A stretch of DNA of 64,000 nt, taken from positions 35,377,626-35,441,625 of the forward strand of contig CM074516.1 in the NCBI GenBank assembly GCA_037379345.1. The letters are read 5' to 3'. This stretch comes from Perna viridis. Lineage: Eukaryota. The first letter of the stretch is position 1, and every line of letters starts with the position of its first letter. Positions 20,748 to 34,171 of the stretch are shown piece by piece. Position numbers and translations under genes: made by a program. Under the pieces are notes generated by a model. It was given only the letters and a program-made list of their open reading frames with translations, was not told where the DNA came from and made no database searches.

Positions 20748-23700
20748 CAGTTAAGCCAGTCAAATAGTAACGATGCCGAATTAAGACTGGCTTGTTGGAA
20801 TTGTAATGGTTGGTATGTGACACGACAAAACGATGATAGTAGGGAATTACGAGAAAGTATTTTAACTGCATTAAACTACGATATAGTTGGACTTTGCGAA
20901 AGTCACTTGAGAAATGATCAGACTATTAATTTGGAAGGTTATCATTGTATTGGAAACAATGGAAAACAAATTTCGAACAACGCATGGCGTGGTAGTGGAG
21001 GTATTGGTTTTTTAATTAAAAACTCGCTATATGACAGTTTTGAAGTAAACATTCTAGACGATAGTAGAGATGACATTTTATGGATTTATTTAAAAAACAA
21101 AGATGACCCAGAGCTAACTTTATATTTATGCGTGTGTTATCTACAACCCGAGCGATCGAGTAGAGGTAAAATTGCTCAAGAATTCTATGACTGTCTTTTA
21201 TCTCAGATGTATCTTTATAGTACAGGTTGTCCGATTTTCATTTGCGGTGATTTCAATGAACGAGTTGGAAATCTCCAAGATTTTAATGATTCATTAGACT
21301 ATTTGCCAAAACGTATTCCTATTGACGAAACAAGAAACGCATTTGGTGACTATTTGCTAGACTTCTTGAAGGACTCTAACTGCTGTATGCTAAACGGACG
21401 TGGTGATTACTCGAAAGACAATTTTACGTTTGTTTCACCCATCGGGAAATCAGTAGTTGACTATATGATTGTCCCATATACAGTACTTCCGAATGTTTGT
21501 AACTTTGAAGTAAAACTGATTTCGTCTCTGATAATTGAAAATGGTGTTCAACTTTCGACGAATACACGATTACCGGATCACTCTATACTTACCTGTTCAT
21601 TTAGAATCTCAGAATATGATCAACTCAACAAGAACATATTAGATACAACCGAAAACGTCACTGATACTACGAATATAAAATATCAATCAACACGTAAATA
21701 TAATGTTTCAAAGACTTATTTACCAGTGAACGATGCATGCGATGTCTCGAAAATGTTATCGACTCTTTACTCGATATCCGCAATATTGACGATAGAATTA
21801 ACACTATATACGAATCATTCATTGAAGCTATTCATCATGAAATGGACAACAAGGTTGACTACAAAGACTATACACCAAGTTCGAACAACGTAAACGACGA
21901 AATGCTAAACCATACTGGAACAATGATTTACGAGACTTATTGATAGAAACAAAGCTGAGAAAAAATACCTACAATTTAAAAGAGACAGACGGATTAAAAA
22001 TGAACTGAAAAACACGTTTAAAATAAAGAGAAGACAATTTGATAAACGTCTACGACAAGAAGAACGTAAATATGTGGCTCAAAGACTTGATAATATTAAA
22101 ACGTTTAACCAGAAGAACCCGAAAGAATTTTGGCGGGAAGTAAACAAACTTGGACCCGGGAAAGATACAAAAACAATTAATAGCGTGATAATGGGTGACG
22201 GTAGTGTTTCTCATAACCCAAACGATATTCTGTCTAGATGGAAACAGGAATACGCGAAACTTTTTTCTGGTGATATTCAGAATGTGGACAATGATTTTTT
22301 TGAACAATTAGAACAATTAAACACACAGTTAGAACAAGAATTTGAAAGTTTGAACCATACAAATGAAACGATTGATACTGAACAACAAAGTATAAACGAT
22401 CCTATATCGATTGAAGATGTTAAACGTGCGGTACATGGTTTAAAGAATGGTAAAGCAGTCGGAGTCGACAATGTTCCAAATGAAATTTTGAAAAGTGACA
22501 AACTAACCAACATTCTTCATGAACTATATAATGTTTGTTTTTCACATGGAATAGTACCTGATATGTGGTGCCAAAGTATCATCTGTCCGATTTTAAAGAA
22601 TGGAAAGGACTACCGTGATCCATTAGGATACAGAGGAATTAGTCTTACGTCAACTGTCGCTAAAGTATTTAGTCAAATAATGAATGAAAGACTTGTTAGA
22701 TATCTTGAGAACAATAATCTATTGAGTGAAGAGCAAAACGGATTTAGGTGTCTCAGATCATGTCTGGATCATATTTATTCCTTGTGTACAATTTTGCGTA
22801 ATAGAAAACTAATGAACTGTGATACTTTCTTGTGTTTCGTAGACTTTAGCAAAGCCTTCGACTCGGTCAACCATACTATTTTATGGAATAAACTTTTAAG
22901 TTCAGGTATACATGGAAATATGTTCAATACTATCAGATGTCTTTATTCGAAACTGAAAACTGCTGTCCGCTTGTCTCCCGGGATTCTCACCGATTGGTTC
23001 TCAGTTGATACAGGAGTACGCCAAGGCGATAATCTTGCTCCTACGCTCTTTGCGTTATTCATTGACTGTTTAGTACCACAAATTAACAATTTATCATGCG
23101 GCGTTCAAGTTGGAAAGGATATGATAAGCTGCTTACTTTATGCGGATGATATTGTGTTTATCTCTGATAGTCCATACGGTCTGCAACGCCAACTTGACGT
23201 CTTACATGAGTGGACAAAATTAAACTGTTTACATGTGAATATTGATAAAACAAAGATTATGCATGTTCGTAAAACAACAACTGACAGATGTGATTTCTCG
23301 TTTATGCTTGGTAATACAGCAATTTACTTCGTTGATAGATATCGCTATCTTGGTTTAACAGTCTCTGAAAATATAGACTACAACATATCTGTAAAAGAAC
23401 TCCCAGTTGCGGCTAGCAGGGCACTTGGATCATTAACCTCCAAATATCTTCATATGGGTAACATGGACTATGCTACATTCGCAAAGATATACGATAATAC
23501 TGTCATCCCCGTAATGGACTATGCGTCAGGCGTTTGGGGTTTGAAACGATATGATGTATTAGAAAGACTTCAGTATCGGGCTATTCGTACTTTCTTAGGT
23601 GTTGGGAAAACCTCACCGATTCCAGCAATAACGGGTGATATTGGATGGACTCCAGTACACATAAACAATCAGTGTAACGCAATTAGATTGTGGTGTAGAC

Positions 23701-24332
23701 TTATGAACTTACCGGAATCCAGAATTTGTCGAAAAGTGTTTAGTTGGGATGTTGAGATTTCGGCACGATACAAAAATACATGGTTTAATAGTGTTAAAAC
23801 AATTTTGAACAATAGTGGTCTGGCAAATTTACTTAATCATACAGACAATCAAGACTTGATATCGACAAAGTACATTATTGACTCAGTAAAGACTACACTT
23901 ATAGACAATTTCAAAATCGAGTGGAATACAAAAGTTCAAGACATGCCAAAACTTAGAACATATAAGCTATTTAAGACCGATTTTAGTACTGAAGCGTATG
24001 TGAAAAACTGTTTATCGAGGAAACAGCGATCAGTTATTGCCAGAATACGATGCGGGACACTATCATTAGAAGTGGAACAAGGCCGCTATCGCAATATTCC
24101 GTTAGACCGTAGATTCTGCAAAGTGTGTAACTCTAACCTCATTGAAGACGAAAACCACCTCCTACTTTTGTGCTCTGGTTACGCAATTAGGCGAAATGAA
24201 CTTATACAACAACTGTCTTCCATAAATTTTGACTCTCCTTTAGATGCGCTAAAAAAACTGCTGACGAATAATTCCAAAATTGTTGCAAACTATATCATAG
24301 ACTGTTTAGATATACGACGTGGTGTTATATAA
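20748..24332 (+). pseudogene. LINE ORF2: APE endonuclease, RT and CCHC motif, with frameshifts in the linker (about 21710-21950)
   Basis: LRLACWNCNG, GLCESHL, ICGDFN, SVVDY and PDH (APE); VDFSKAFD, GVRQGD and LLYADD (RT); CKVC...EDENH...C at the C-terminus. Confidence 0.93.
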
Positions 24333-24562
24333 AAACTTGCTTATTCAAACTTATTTCACCTATAACAAATGACGTTAAATTTATAGAACCCTCATTTTCT
24401 ACTTAACTTAATGTGTACATATGACAGTGCTTCGTAAGCCTATCTGGCTGGCTAAAAATATATCTGTAATCTATGTATTTGAACATGAAAAATTCAGGTT
24501 GCACTTTAATAAATTATTTATTCATTCGTTCATATACACATACACATAAAACTACAACTCAA

Positions 24563-25151
24563 GAAACAAGAAAAACTGTAAACAAAGCTCACTTGGTGAT
24601 ACCCCCACTTTCATCCATTAAATTAAATAGGATACAATAAGTGATTTAAACATTAAGATGGAAAATAAAACAGGAGTGTACAATGGTATCATGTAATAAA
24701 GAATATGTGAAAGTTTCATTAAATTTAGAGGTTATGCGCATAAGAAGATCACCCCTTTCCCCCGGTCAACAAGTACTGAAGTCAACAGTTTACACCAGGA
24801 AATACCAAAAGTTATTCAGATGGTAAAACATGATAGAGGGTGAGAAATGAAATTGTGTAGTACTGAGTCTGTCACTTTAATCATACTGAGGGAATTGCGG
24901 ATTAACAGAGTATTCCCCTATGGACGACATATGACATAGTACATAATTTGCAGCAGGAAACCTAAAAGCATTCAGATAGGGAAACAAAGTGCATTTGTAG
25001 GAGGTGCACAATAGCGTAATGAATTGAAAAATCAGTAAAAGTTTCATCAAATTCCATTCAGCAGTTTCATAAGAGTTTAGAACAGGTGACGACGAACAGA
25101 CGGACACCATAATCACTATATACCATCCGCTTTTCAAGCGGGGTATAATAA
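24563..25151 (+). mobile_element. Helentron/HINE-like non-autonomous element
   Basis: Starts aaacaaga; ends with gacgaacagacggac and the hairpin ccgctt-ttc-aagcgg followed by ggtataataa, an architecture typical of bivalve HINE-like repeats. Confidence 0.55.
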
Positions 25152-25759
25152 CCCATACTTGTTTTAAGGAGGTAGAGCTAGGGTAAGGGACACAACTCTT
25201 CAAAATATCAATGGAACGTTTGTATTCAGCATTTTACATCAATCACTTGTAAGCATCTATGTAATTTGGGTTGATTTTATTCTGCTTCAAATGAAAGCTT
25301 GAAAGGCTTTGGTGAAATTAATTATGGTACAAACATATCACTGATTTCAAGAGTTAAGTCCCTTACCCTAGGTCTATCTCCTTAAATATTTATCAGTAGA
25401 TTTTTTTTTAGATTTTCGATATTAAGGTTAATAACAGAAGTTAACAAACAAATAATAAAACTAGATTCTATAGTTGCAATTAAAGTTGATGGTTTATGGA
25501 ATAAGTTCAATTTTGTTTAAGTTAGTAGTATATACAAAACATGTAATCCTTTCACAGTAGTGGTACACAATGGAACAACCTCTTTCATTACTTTAGCTGT
25601 TTAACAAATAAAAATTAATGTTTGTCTTATTTTCATAGCCAAATAAGAGCGTAATTTTGATACACTATTTTTCATACCATGCATGGCTTGCTCGTATCTG
25701 CAGCATTTTTTATTTAAAGGTTTAAGAATTGTTTACGTAGAAAAAATAATATACACTAC

Positions 25760-28700
25760 CATTATTTCTTCCTGATATGTTGTACAATGTATTGTCCAAA
25801 CGAAAATCCCTCCAGAAAGACTCTGGTCTGTCAACAGTAGTTGTTTCATCACTAAACAAAATAAGTAAGTTTGTTATTACAATGTCCTGCATTTTTAATG
25901 TATCTCTTTTTTTCTGGATGTGAGTCTTGTTTTTTTTCGCAAAATCAGTGGAAATACTTTAACAAGGGGATTAGCAGATAGCACTGATAAGATAAACTGC
26001 TCAAAGGATGACAAATCTGTATAAATATTATCAAATTCAAACAATCTACTGCCCCACGTGCAGCAAGGCAGTTACGACCAACTAGGCGTAAAACTCAACC
26101 GACGAAAACCCGTACGCAACCTACCTATTATCCAGTGAGCATGATGATACAAAAGTTTTATTCCTGAACAAGACATTTAGTGTATTTCTTACAAACTAAG
26201 CAGCAGTCTTTATAGGATATGGAGGGTGATTCACTTTTAAAAAAAAAAGTTACAGACCACATTAGCAGTCATAGTTATTTTAGGTCGCTTCATTGCATAG
26301 ATTGTGTATGCAATTGGGACTTAGGAAGATTTATCGATCTAGATTTGGTTTGATTTGGTTGATTTTAGTGTGATATATAAATGTAAGGTTTCTAAAAAAA
26401 ATCTGATTACAAAAAGTACCATCGTTATGTAAAATATGGCTTATGTCAACAGGAAAGGCGTCATGTGTTGAATGGGGTTCCTAGACCATGAATCACCTCT
26501 ACCATAGGCAGTCTGAATTTTATATGGCCTGGTACTTAATATGTACATTATGATTAGGCTATTTGTTATTTAACTTTTCTGAGTTCACTTTTTTCTCGAA
26601 ATTATATGTTACTAATGTTAAAAATAATGTACAAAATTATTTACTGTGATACATGTACAAATGCGATCACTTCTAACCTGTCTTCGATCCTGTCAGGATT
26701 CGCTGTCATAGAACAGCTCTAAACTGTCAGAAACTGTTCTGACCCGCGAAACACCTTGTCAGGATCTGTCAGGGCTCTGTCATGGGTCCTGACACCCTCC
26801 TGTCAGGAACTGTTCTAAGTAGAACAGATATGTGTATTAGAAGAGTTCCTGACAGATTCTGACAGTCATTAGCTCGAGAATACTTCCCTGACTGAATTAC
26901 ATACAGTACATGTACGTGATTCCAAAAAAAAATGCGTAGCACCCGAGTCCCGAATCGTACGACGGGAAGGAAGCCTTGCTATGTTTAAACTTGATTTTTT
27001 TTTCTATTTTTTACCCGACTTTTATGTATGGCATGCAGTACCAACAAACATTATTGCCTGCCGTACCTGTTACGCCCCTGACTTTAAAGATATTAGACTG
27101 AATTCTTTTGGTTGCAGATCTATAGACATCGGTAAGATACAGAGTAACTATTTATATTGACAATTTCAGACAGTTTATACAGAAATTTTAGACCTTTATG
27201 GAACTTCAAAGTGTTCACACTCATACACTTTGAAAGAATATGACATTTTTGAAGAATTTTGACTTATAAATATTTATACCTTTTTGAAGAATTATGACTG
27301 AAATATATAAGTCGCAGTCAATCTTGAACTTCGTGAGAATTACCAAACATCTGAAAGTTATGGGTTACCACTTTTACACTTAAAACGGAACCAAAGACCT
27401 TCAATTTTATAATTAAATAATTTAATTTAATTAATATGTCGCAGTGGAATCCATCCCACAAACTATTCTAGAAAAATATGGCCACTGCTATAAGAAAATG
27501 AGCCGTCCAACTTTTAATATTTTATTAAATTCTGAAAAACAATAATCATCAATTGTAAATAAATACAATTCATTAATAACACATAGATCTAAGTAGAAAA
27601 TACTATATTTTCTCCAGGAACAATACCTGAAATCTATGCTCAAAATATTCGGAACTTCGATTCAAAAGTATAAATGTACTTTACTAAACTTTCTATTATA
27701 AAATGTAAAATCTTTATCTAACTTTACTTCGCGTGAAATTATCCGTAAATTTATCCAAAATGTTGCTGATAAAACTTTATTCGAATTACTATAAAATATC
27801 ATGAATTAGAACAATAATTTTTACATAGCTAGTAATTTATCTTTAACTGAGAATAAATAAATGCTTTTGAAAATACTTCAAAATATTAACGATACCTGAA
27901 AAGTAGCGGCATTAACCAAACTACCATATTTGTGATACTGAATCTGGACTATATAAACATAATCCAGTAGTAATATTTCTTTAAATAGTACACATACTAG
28001 TGCAAGCATACCGTGCACGTGATAATGCAACAAGTTAAACGCGCGAAGCGTAAACGTAGTAAATAACTGTCATATATAGTATAGTATAGTCCGTTCCGTA
28101 TATCTGTCCATGAATGAAAAGGTCTCCAGTACTATAGTGTTGTCCAGATATATATGATTTACGACCATGAATGATTATATGAATAATGTGCATGAATGAA
28201 ATGGTTAAACAAACTCTATGAACATGACTCCACAAACCAGACACACACAACACATAAGATAACTATATAGACTAAATACCCGGTGACAAATATCACATGT
28301 GTATGACAGAATGTAAAAAAATATACATGTAAACAATGATGATTTTTGAACGATGATCGAGTGACTGGACCGTGATCAACGAAAATTTGAACGAGTAATT
28401 TTGGGATAATGATCATGACGAGCTCTATATACAATGTAAATGATATATATAATTGAAAATTCAAAGTAAATTTTGAAATTAAGATTTTTTTCCTAATCGG
28501 ATTAGGTTATTTAGATTAGTCACTCAGTTTCATTTGTTAATCGCGAAATTCCTGTTCTAAATAATTACGTCACACAGAATAGAAAGATTTAGTGTCAGGA
28601 ACTGTCCAGGGGTATAACAGTTTAAAACAGCTTTTCGTATTTTCTTTGTCACGACCCAGGACAATTTCTGTCAGGATCTGTCAGGGAATAGGGTAAAACG

Positions 28701-31700
28701 TGTCCTGACCCAGGACAGCCTCTGTCAGACCCTGTCAGGATCTGTCAGGATTTCTGTTCTAACTGCTGTCATAGAACAGTTTTCCTCACAGATTTTAAGA
28801 GAGGTTAGTAGTGATCGCATCTGTATGTGGTCTTATAGCCTTCTATTTATCAATACTACATTTTACTTTGCAAACAAATTGTTCATTTTCCTTTTGTTTG
28901 AAATTTTTACACACTAAGAGTAATTATGGTAGCATGTATTTTGGATGGTTCTATTTTCCAAGTCTTTTTTATACAATCACAATAGAAAACTACTAGACAG
29001 TATATGTTACTTGCTTGGTCCGAGTCGGTCTCCGAGTATGCAGCAATAAGGCACTTTGATTAGAATAAATACTGATAATAATTTTGGCTACGTTTCCCAC
29101 CTATATTCACTACAATTTGTCTAAAATGTATGATAAGATCGAATCAACCTTATTATATGGTTGGTTAAACTCTAAATAGGTCTAAATCCAGGCTCTGTAT
29201 GTGTCATTTTTAGTAATAAACATTTGTTTTAACACATACATTATGGATGGAAGAATTGGACAAGTAACTAATCCGCCTGGTGAACCGCATTCATAATCTG
29301 AAAAATCAATAAAACTAGTAATGTTACACATCGGTTATGGATGTAAAAATGAGACTCGTGGTAACATATTGTATTGATTTAAAGTTAGTCATTTTTATTT
29401 GTACTGCACACTTGGTCTGACAAAGCATCATTTTAACTTATTGTACGTGACAAACGCAAATTAAAACCTTCGTTTGGTTAGGATAAATAATTAAAGGTTG
29501 AAATTAAATTAAAATTTTCAACTGCGTAGATTATGTCCTTCTTAAAATGTTCATACCTGGTGTCAGTCTTTTCACGTTGTTTGGACACTTCTTCAAATAA
29601 CACGTACAATCTTCAAGATTTGGTTCACAGTAACAGGTATTTTTTGGTTTGTATAGGAAGTCATATCCTCTCGTATAGTCACAGCGACAGAACCGGTCTT
29701 TGTAAGTAGTTCCGTTATTATGGATCACTTGGCCTTCTCCATTACACTGTGATTTCTGGTAAACACATTCATTGAAGTCGGACGACCAGTATGGTTTTGG
29801 TTGGTAACGGCTTTTAGGGCAACTTCTTGAATTTAATCGCCCTTCTAAATATACGTAACTACCTTGATTTGAAAAAAAAATGTAATAGCTTTGACAATCG
29901 ATATTCGATTAGATGCACCATGCAACCAAGACCAAGAAGTCAAACGTCATAGAGAAAGATTATAGTTATTGAACGGTTAATGCAAAGTACATTGCACATG
30001 ACCAACATTAGGCCATGTGAGCTGTTGCCATAGCTTAGCGTCCGTCATGGTTGTTGTCTGTAAATAACTCTTCAAATATCTTCTCTGAAACTACTTTATA
30101 GGTATTAATGAGTAGGCATGAGTGTTCCGTAGGTTATCCTGCACAAAAATTGCGTTGGGACTTTAGATAAGTGGTAAATATGACTCTCGTGTCTATTTAT
30201 AGAACATATATGAGTAAAGCCGCTAATTTCAAGGTATAACTAAAAAGAACTAGTGAAAGAGGAACATAAATACAACACTCCTTCTTGGACCTGAAAACTT
30301 CAACAGAAGTCGAGTTAGAATTATTGCCCTTGATAGGCAAAGACGTTGAAAAGCGTGGGCATGACTTTTATGCAGTGTTCAGTCGATATCTTGAAAGTCA
30401 TGTTAGATAAAGAGATTATTCGATGAAATGGTTCTTATTATAAGGATCCTGTAAGTACATTTTGTATCGATTGGATCGAAGTCATATGGCGACTCCTCAT
30501 TATAGTTTTACGATTTAAAAAATGAAAAATCATATTTGTTTAGTCTTCAGCCGCCATATTTTGAAATAATGCCAAATAATAATAAATAAACAAATAATTC
30601 CGATTGATGTATGATTCTTCTGATTACATGTAGCACTACAGAAGATTTAACTGACTCCTTGTGAGAAAGATACAGTCATTGAAATGTCAAAATAGCAATT
30701 TTTGCGGTTTTTGGCCGATAAAGAACCGTGGCAGATAGAGTAAAGGTTTAAACAGCTGAATTTTATACTTATTCCTGAAATCAACAAGATGTTGCATATG
30801 CTACGTCATGATTAGAATACACCCACTCTGTCATTTTAGTCAATCTCATCATGCAAAGGTAATATATCAAATATCTAAGCATTCCCTGTAATAGAAGCTG
30901 AAAAATCTGTTAAAAAAATTCAATTACACGCAACCTAAAAAAAATACTAAGTCGATCCTTAAACCAGAAGTAAATAAGTGAGGAACCCAGAAAGGGGACA
31001 CACGGTGCAAGTCATCATGCAACAGCAATATTCCGAATTTCTAAACATTTCCACCAAAATAAGCTAAAAAAATCAGTTACGAAAATTGCCATTATTAAGT
31101 CGATCGGTAAACAGAAAGTAGATAGTGATGAACCTTAAAATGGTAGACACGGTACGAGTCATCATGAAAAAAAACAATATACCAAATATCTAAGCATCCC
31201 CTTTCACCTAAGGTAAGACATCTGGTACAAAAAAAAGTGTAACGGGCGGGCGGACGGACGGAGAAAGTGCTTTCGTTTTCAGATTTTTCTCGTCAAGCCA
31301 GATACTTACTACGACTTGTACTAAAATGTTAATAAACTAAAATAGATACATGTAATAGTCTTTAATCGTATCCTGTTCGCGTGATGTTTAATTATACAGT
31401 AATGATTTGTGATTATATATCCTGAGTCTGAACATTATACATGAATTATCATGGATTCATGAAAAGTTTCACAAAGCTTAAAACTTGTACTGATCTTAGA
31501 AGTGCTTAGGCACAAGTCAGAGTATTAAACAGTTAACGGGGAGGGGCTGTCTTTTTTTTTTTTAAGTATGTATTATTTTAATTTTAAAACTCATTTCAAC
31601 TCATCCTTGGACTGAAATTAAAATGAAGATTATGATGCAATATCCCTTTAAATTTCTCAAAAATGTAGATTTGTTAATGTAAGTTTTAATTCTGGCTGCT

Positions 31701-32859
31701 GCTAAAAAATATTATCGCACAGGTTTGTTTTTTTTTATTTTCACCAAACCAAAAATTCGTTCTTATTCACCGTGCCTTATTTGGTCCGCACACCAAGTTC
31801 TAAATTACTTGGGTTAAAATGCTAGATCATCAAGAAATTAGCGTTAAAAAGACTTACAAAGAAAACCTTATGTAGATTTAATTTTCTCACTAGGTACAGA
31901 CACAAACATTCTCTAGAAGACTGTCGAGGCTTACCCGAACATCAAGCTACCATTAGACTACAAAGGTTAATAAATATTTATAAAACGGGTAACTTATATG
32001 GTACCTGCAGGCTGTTTTAGTGCTGAAAAGCAGTGGATGCTATATATCTTTCGTAATGAGTCAAATAAACAATGATATCTTCTTAATGGGTGGCATCTAA
32101 AATATTCTGCAACAAGAGATTCTAAAGGTTGCGGTGGACATTTTCCCAGATTTAAAGCCTCTGACGAATCCATAAGCAAAGCAGCAACCTGAAAGTGAAT
32201 ATGTATATAGTTGGAGTACAGTATTTTTTCTGGTAGGTATAAATGTGCTTGAAAATCACCACGAAAGTGATGAGTGGAGGTATGCACGAGGGGCCCTCCA
32301 AACCCAAGATTGTATTACAGTAATTTCTTAGGATTTGTTAACTAGAACAAACAAAACTGTACGTTTATTTAACGAATATGATTAATATTTTCAAGAATCT
32401 CAATACAAGAGAGTTGAACTTCCGATCAATCTATATCTTTTGAGAGAAAAACGTATTCACCTATCTCCTTCCAGTATTTTGTATAGTAGGGATAACGTGT
32501 TTTTGTTTTACCTTTTGACGCTTATCCTACCGGTACACCTAGTCCATGCTCCTTGTTACAAGTATTACTAGAGTCCTAAGGCTGGTTGCTTATTTACTTC
32601 TGTTCTTATGTGGGTGTTACTTTGATTCTGTTAGGTTTTTTGCCGTGTCTATTTTTCTTGGTTCCCTTGCACTCATGGTTTTAAACAATCTGAACTAGTT
32701 TGTAGGCTATGATTTGCAGTAAATATGTATTAATCAATTTTAAGTCATGTGCTATCTAAGATCGCCAGTTTGAAAATGTACATAAGATTCTTCGATAAAC
32801 AGTAATAGGTAAATAATACTTACTAAGCATATTAAACTTGCAGCAGCATGCGTTGTCAT
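25760..32859 (-). CDS. Spliced host gene for a secreted or membrane cysteine-rich protein. Exons 32859-32824, 32188-32005, 29862-29557, 29297-29240, tentatively 25851-25760; 3' end not found
   Basis: All introns are GT-AG with consistent phases (0,1,1,2). Spliced product: MTTHAAASLICL|VAALLMDSSEALNLGKCP...YHCL...|GSYV...CPKSRYQP...ECVYQKSQCNGEGQ...DRFCRCDYTRGY...CYCEP..EDCTCYLKKCP...|DYEC. It starts with a signal peptide. Confidence 0.8.
26658..28823. mobile_element. 2.2-kb non-autonomous TIR DNA transposon with subterminal repeats
   Basis: About 27-bp TIR CA(A/G)ATGCGATCACT(T/A)CTAACCT(G/C)TCTT flanked by TA. Many CTGTCAGGA/CCTGAC motifs occur in both subterminal regions. No transposase. 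Confidence 0.88.
30790..31265 (+). repeat. HINE-like element with about 160-bp internal tandem units and a (CGGA)n microsatellite
   Basis: Repeated tcatcatgcaa...aatat..caaatatctaagcat units near 30847, 31012 and 31159; cggacggacgg at the end. Confidence 0.6.
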
Positions 32860-33335
32860 TTTGTTAAAAGATAGAACTTTCGGCAACTCTTTTCCTTATT
32901 AACTCGTTTTACCCTTCAACACAAACTTCCTACAAAAATAGATGTCGTTGACAAGTGATCGATCAATCATAATGTATTTGTTGCATCCTAGCAGGCAATT
33001 CAACGTCGAATCGACGTTGAAAAACATTATTCTTCAACCATTTTCACCGTTGAATCAACATTCAATTTTAGTTTCATATTAAAGTTTCAGTGACATCGAA
33101 GCTTTAACTTGTCCCAACGTTGAATTTCAACGTTCTACATTTGTATGAACGTTATCTTGAAGCTCGTATATATACATGTCAACGTTAAGCTATCTCAATC
33201 TAATTTCAACATTGAACTTCAAACTACATATCAACGTTGAGCTATCAATATTGTATACACGTAAATAAATCAAGTTTTCTTTTATTTTGAGAAACATTTA
33301 TCGGTGACGTTTGTTCAGGATGTACACTGTACACT

Positions 33336-34170
33336 GTGCAGCTTCCTCGAATTTCCGTCCATTATTGGCTACTCCCATCGGAAATGCATTGGGAAAAGTA
33401 CAGTGTACTATTAGAAAGAATCCCTAAACATATGAACAATATAACTTACGTACCACACAACACGCCATATAGCCTTCAACGAACTGTACAACCGTTACAA
33501 CATAGTGACAAGGGGACATCTCCAAACTTAAACAGATCAACAAACGAATCGAATCTACAAGATGTTATCAAAGATATTTATGTTAAACTCAAACCCCTCG
33601 AACTTTTACCTGCTATGAACGATCGACTTGGAAATCTTGAAAAACTGAACTCAATCATTTTAAAACTGAGATTCAACCTAATAAGGAACACGCTGGCCGA
33701 AATGATACAAAAATCAGTCTCCTTGAGTCCGACAATAAACGTTTGATTTCAGAATATGACTATATTCGTTCACCTAACGCTCAACTACAGAGAGAAACGG
33801 GAGAAATGTATGAAAAGGTACTTGAGATGCAAACTCGATCTATGGGTGACAATCTCATATTTTCGGATCTACCTGAAGTTGAGCGCGCTGAAACACCGGA
33901 ACAAAAGGAACAAATTGTTCAACAATTTATGAATGAAAAGTTAGGTTTAGAGGAAAATAACATCCAATTTCATGTTGTACAAAGACTGAGACCTCGTAGA
34001 GACAATAAGCCAAAAAGTATAGTGGCGAAATTTGAACGACGAAAAAACCGTAATATTGTCCTACAAAAATCGAGAGAAAAACTTAAAACACTGAGTACAT
34101 GTATAAAATACAAGAGCAGTACCCTCCCGAAATAGTTTCAAGACGCAAAGAATTATGGCCTGTGTCACCT
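33336..34170 (+). pseudogene. Degenerate LINE ORF1
   Basis: Coiled coil, then RSMGDNLIFSDLPE...FHVVQRL...KPKSIVAKF (L1/CR1-type RRM); frameshifted and truncated at 34171. Confidence 0.75.
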
Positions 34171-34171
34171 A

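Larger units (their letters stand above)
19760..24532 (+). mobile_element. Full-length non-LTR retrotransposon (APE-RT LINE, RTEX-like)
   Basis: 9-bp TSD TATACACAT at 19751-19759 and 24533-24541; caagatgg motif near the 5' end; ORF1 and ORF2; AATAAA followed by a (TTCA)-type tail. The clade call is tentative. Confidence 0.92.

Noticed and set aside
29010-29120. Possible TM-encoding exon of the Cys-rich gene
   Set aside because: The phase-compatible frame stops after about 20 codons, and a hydrophobic reading needs a frameshift, so it is unsupported.
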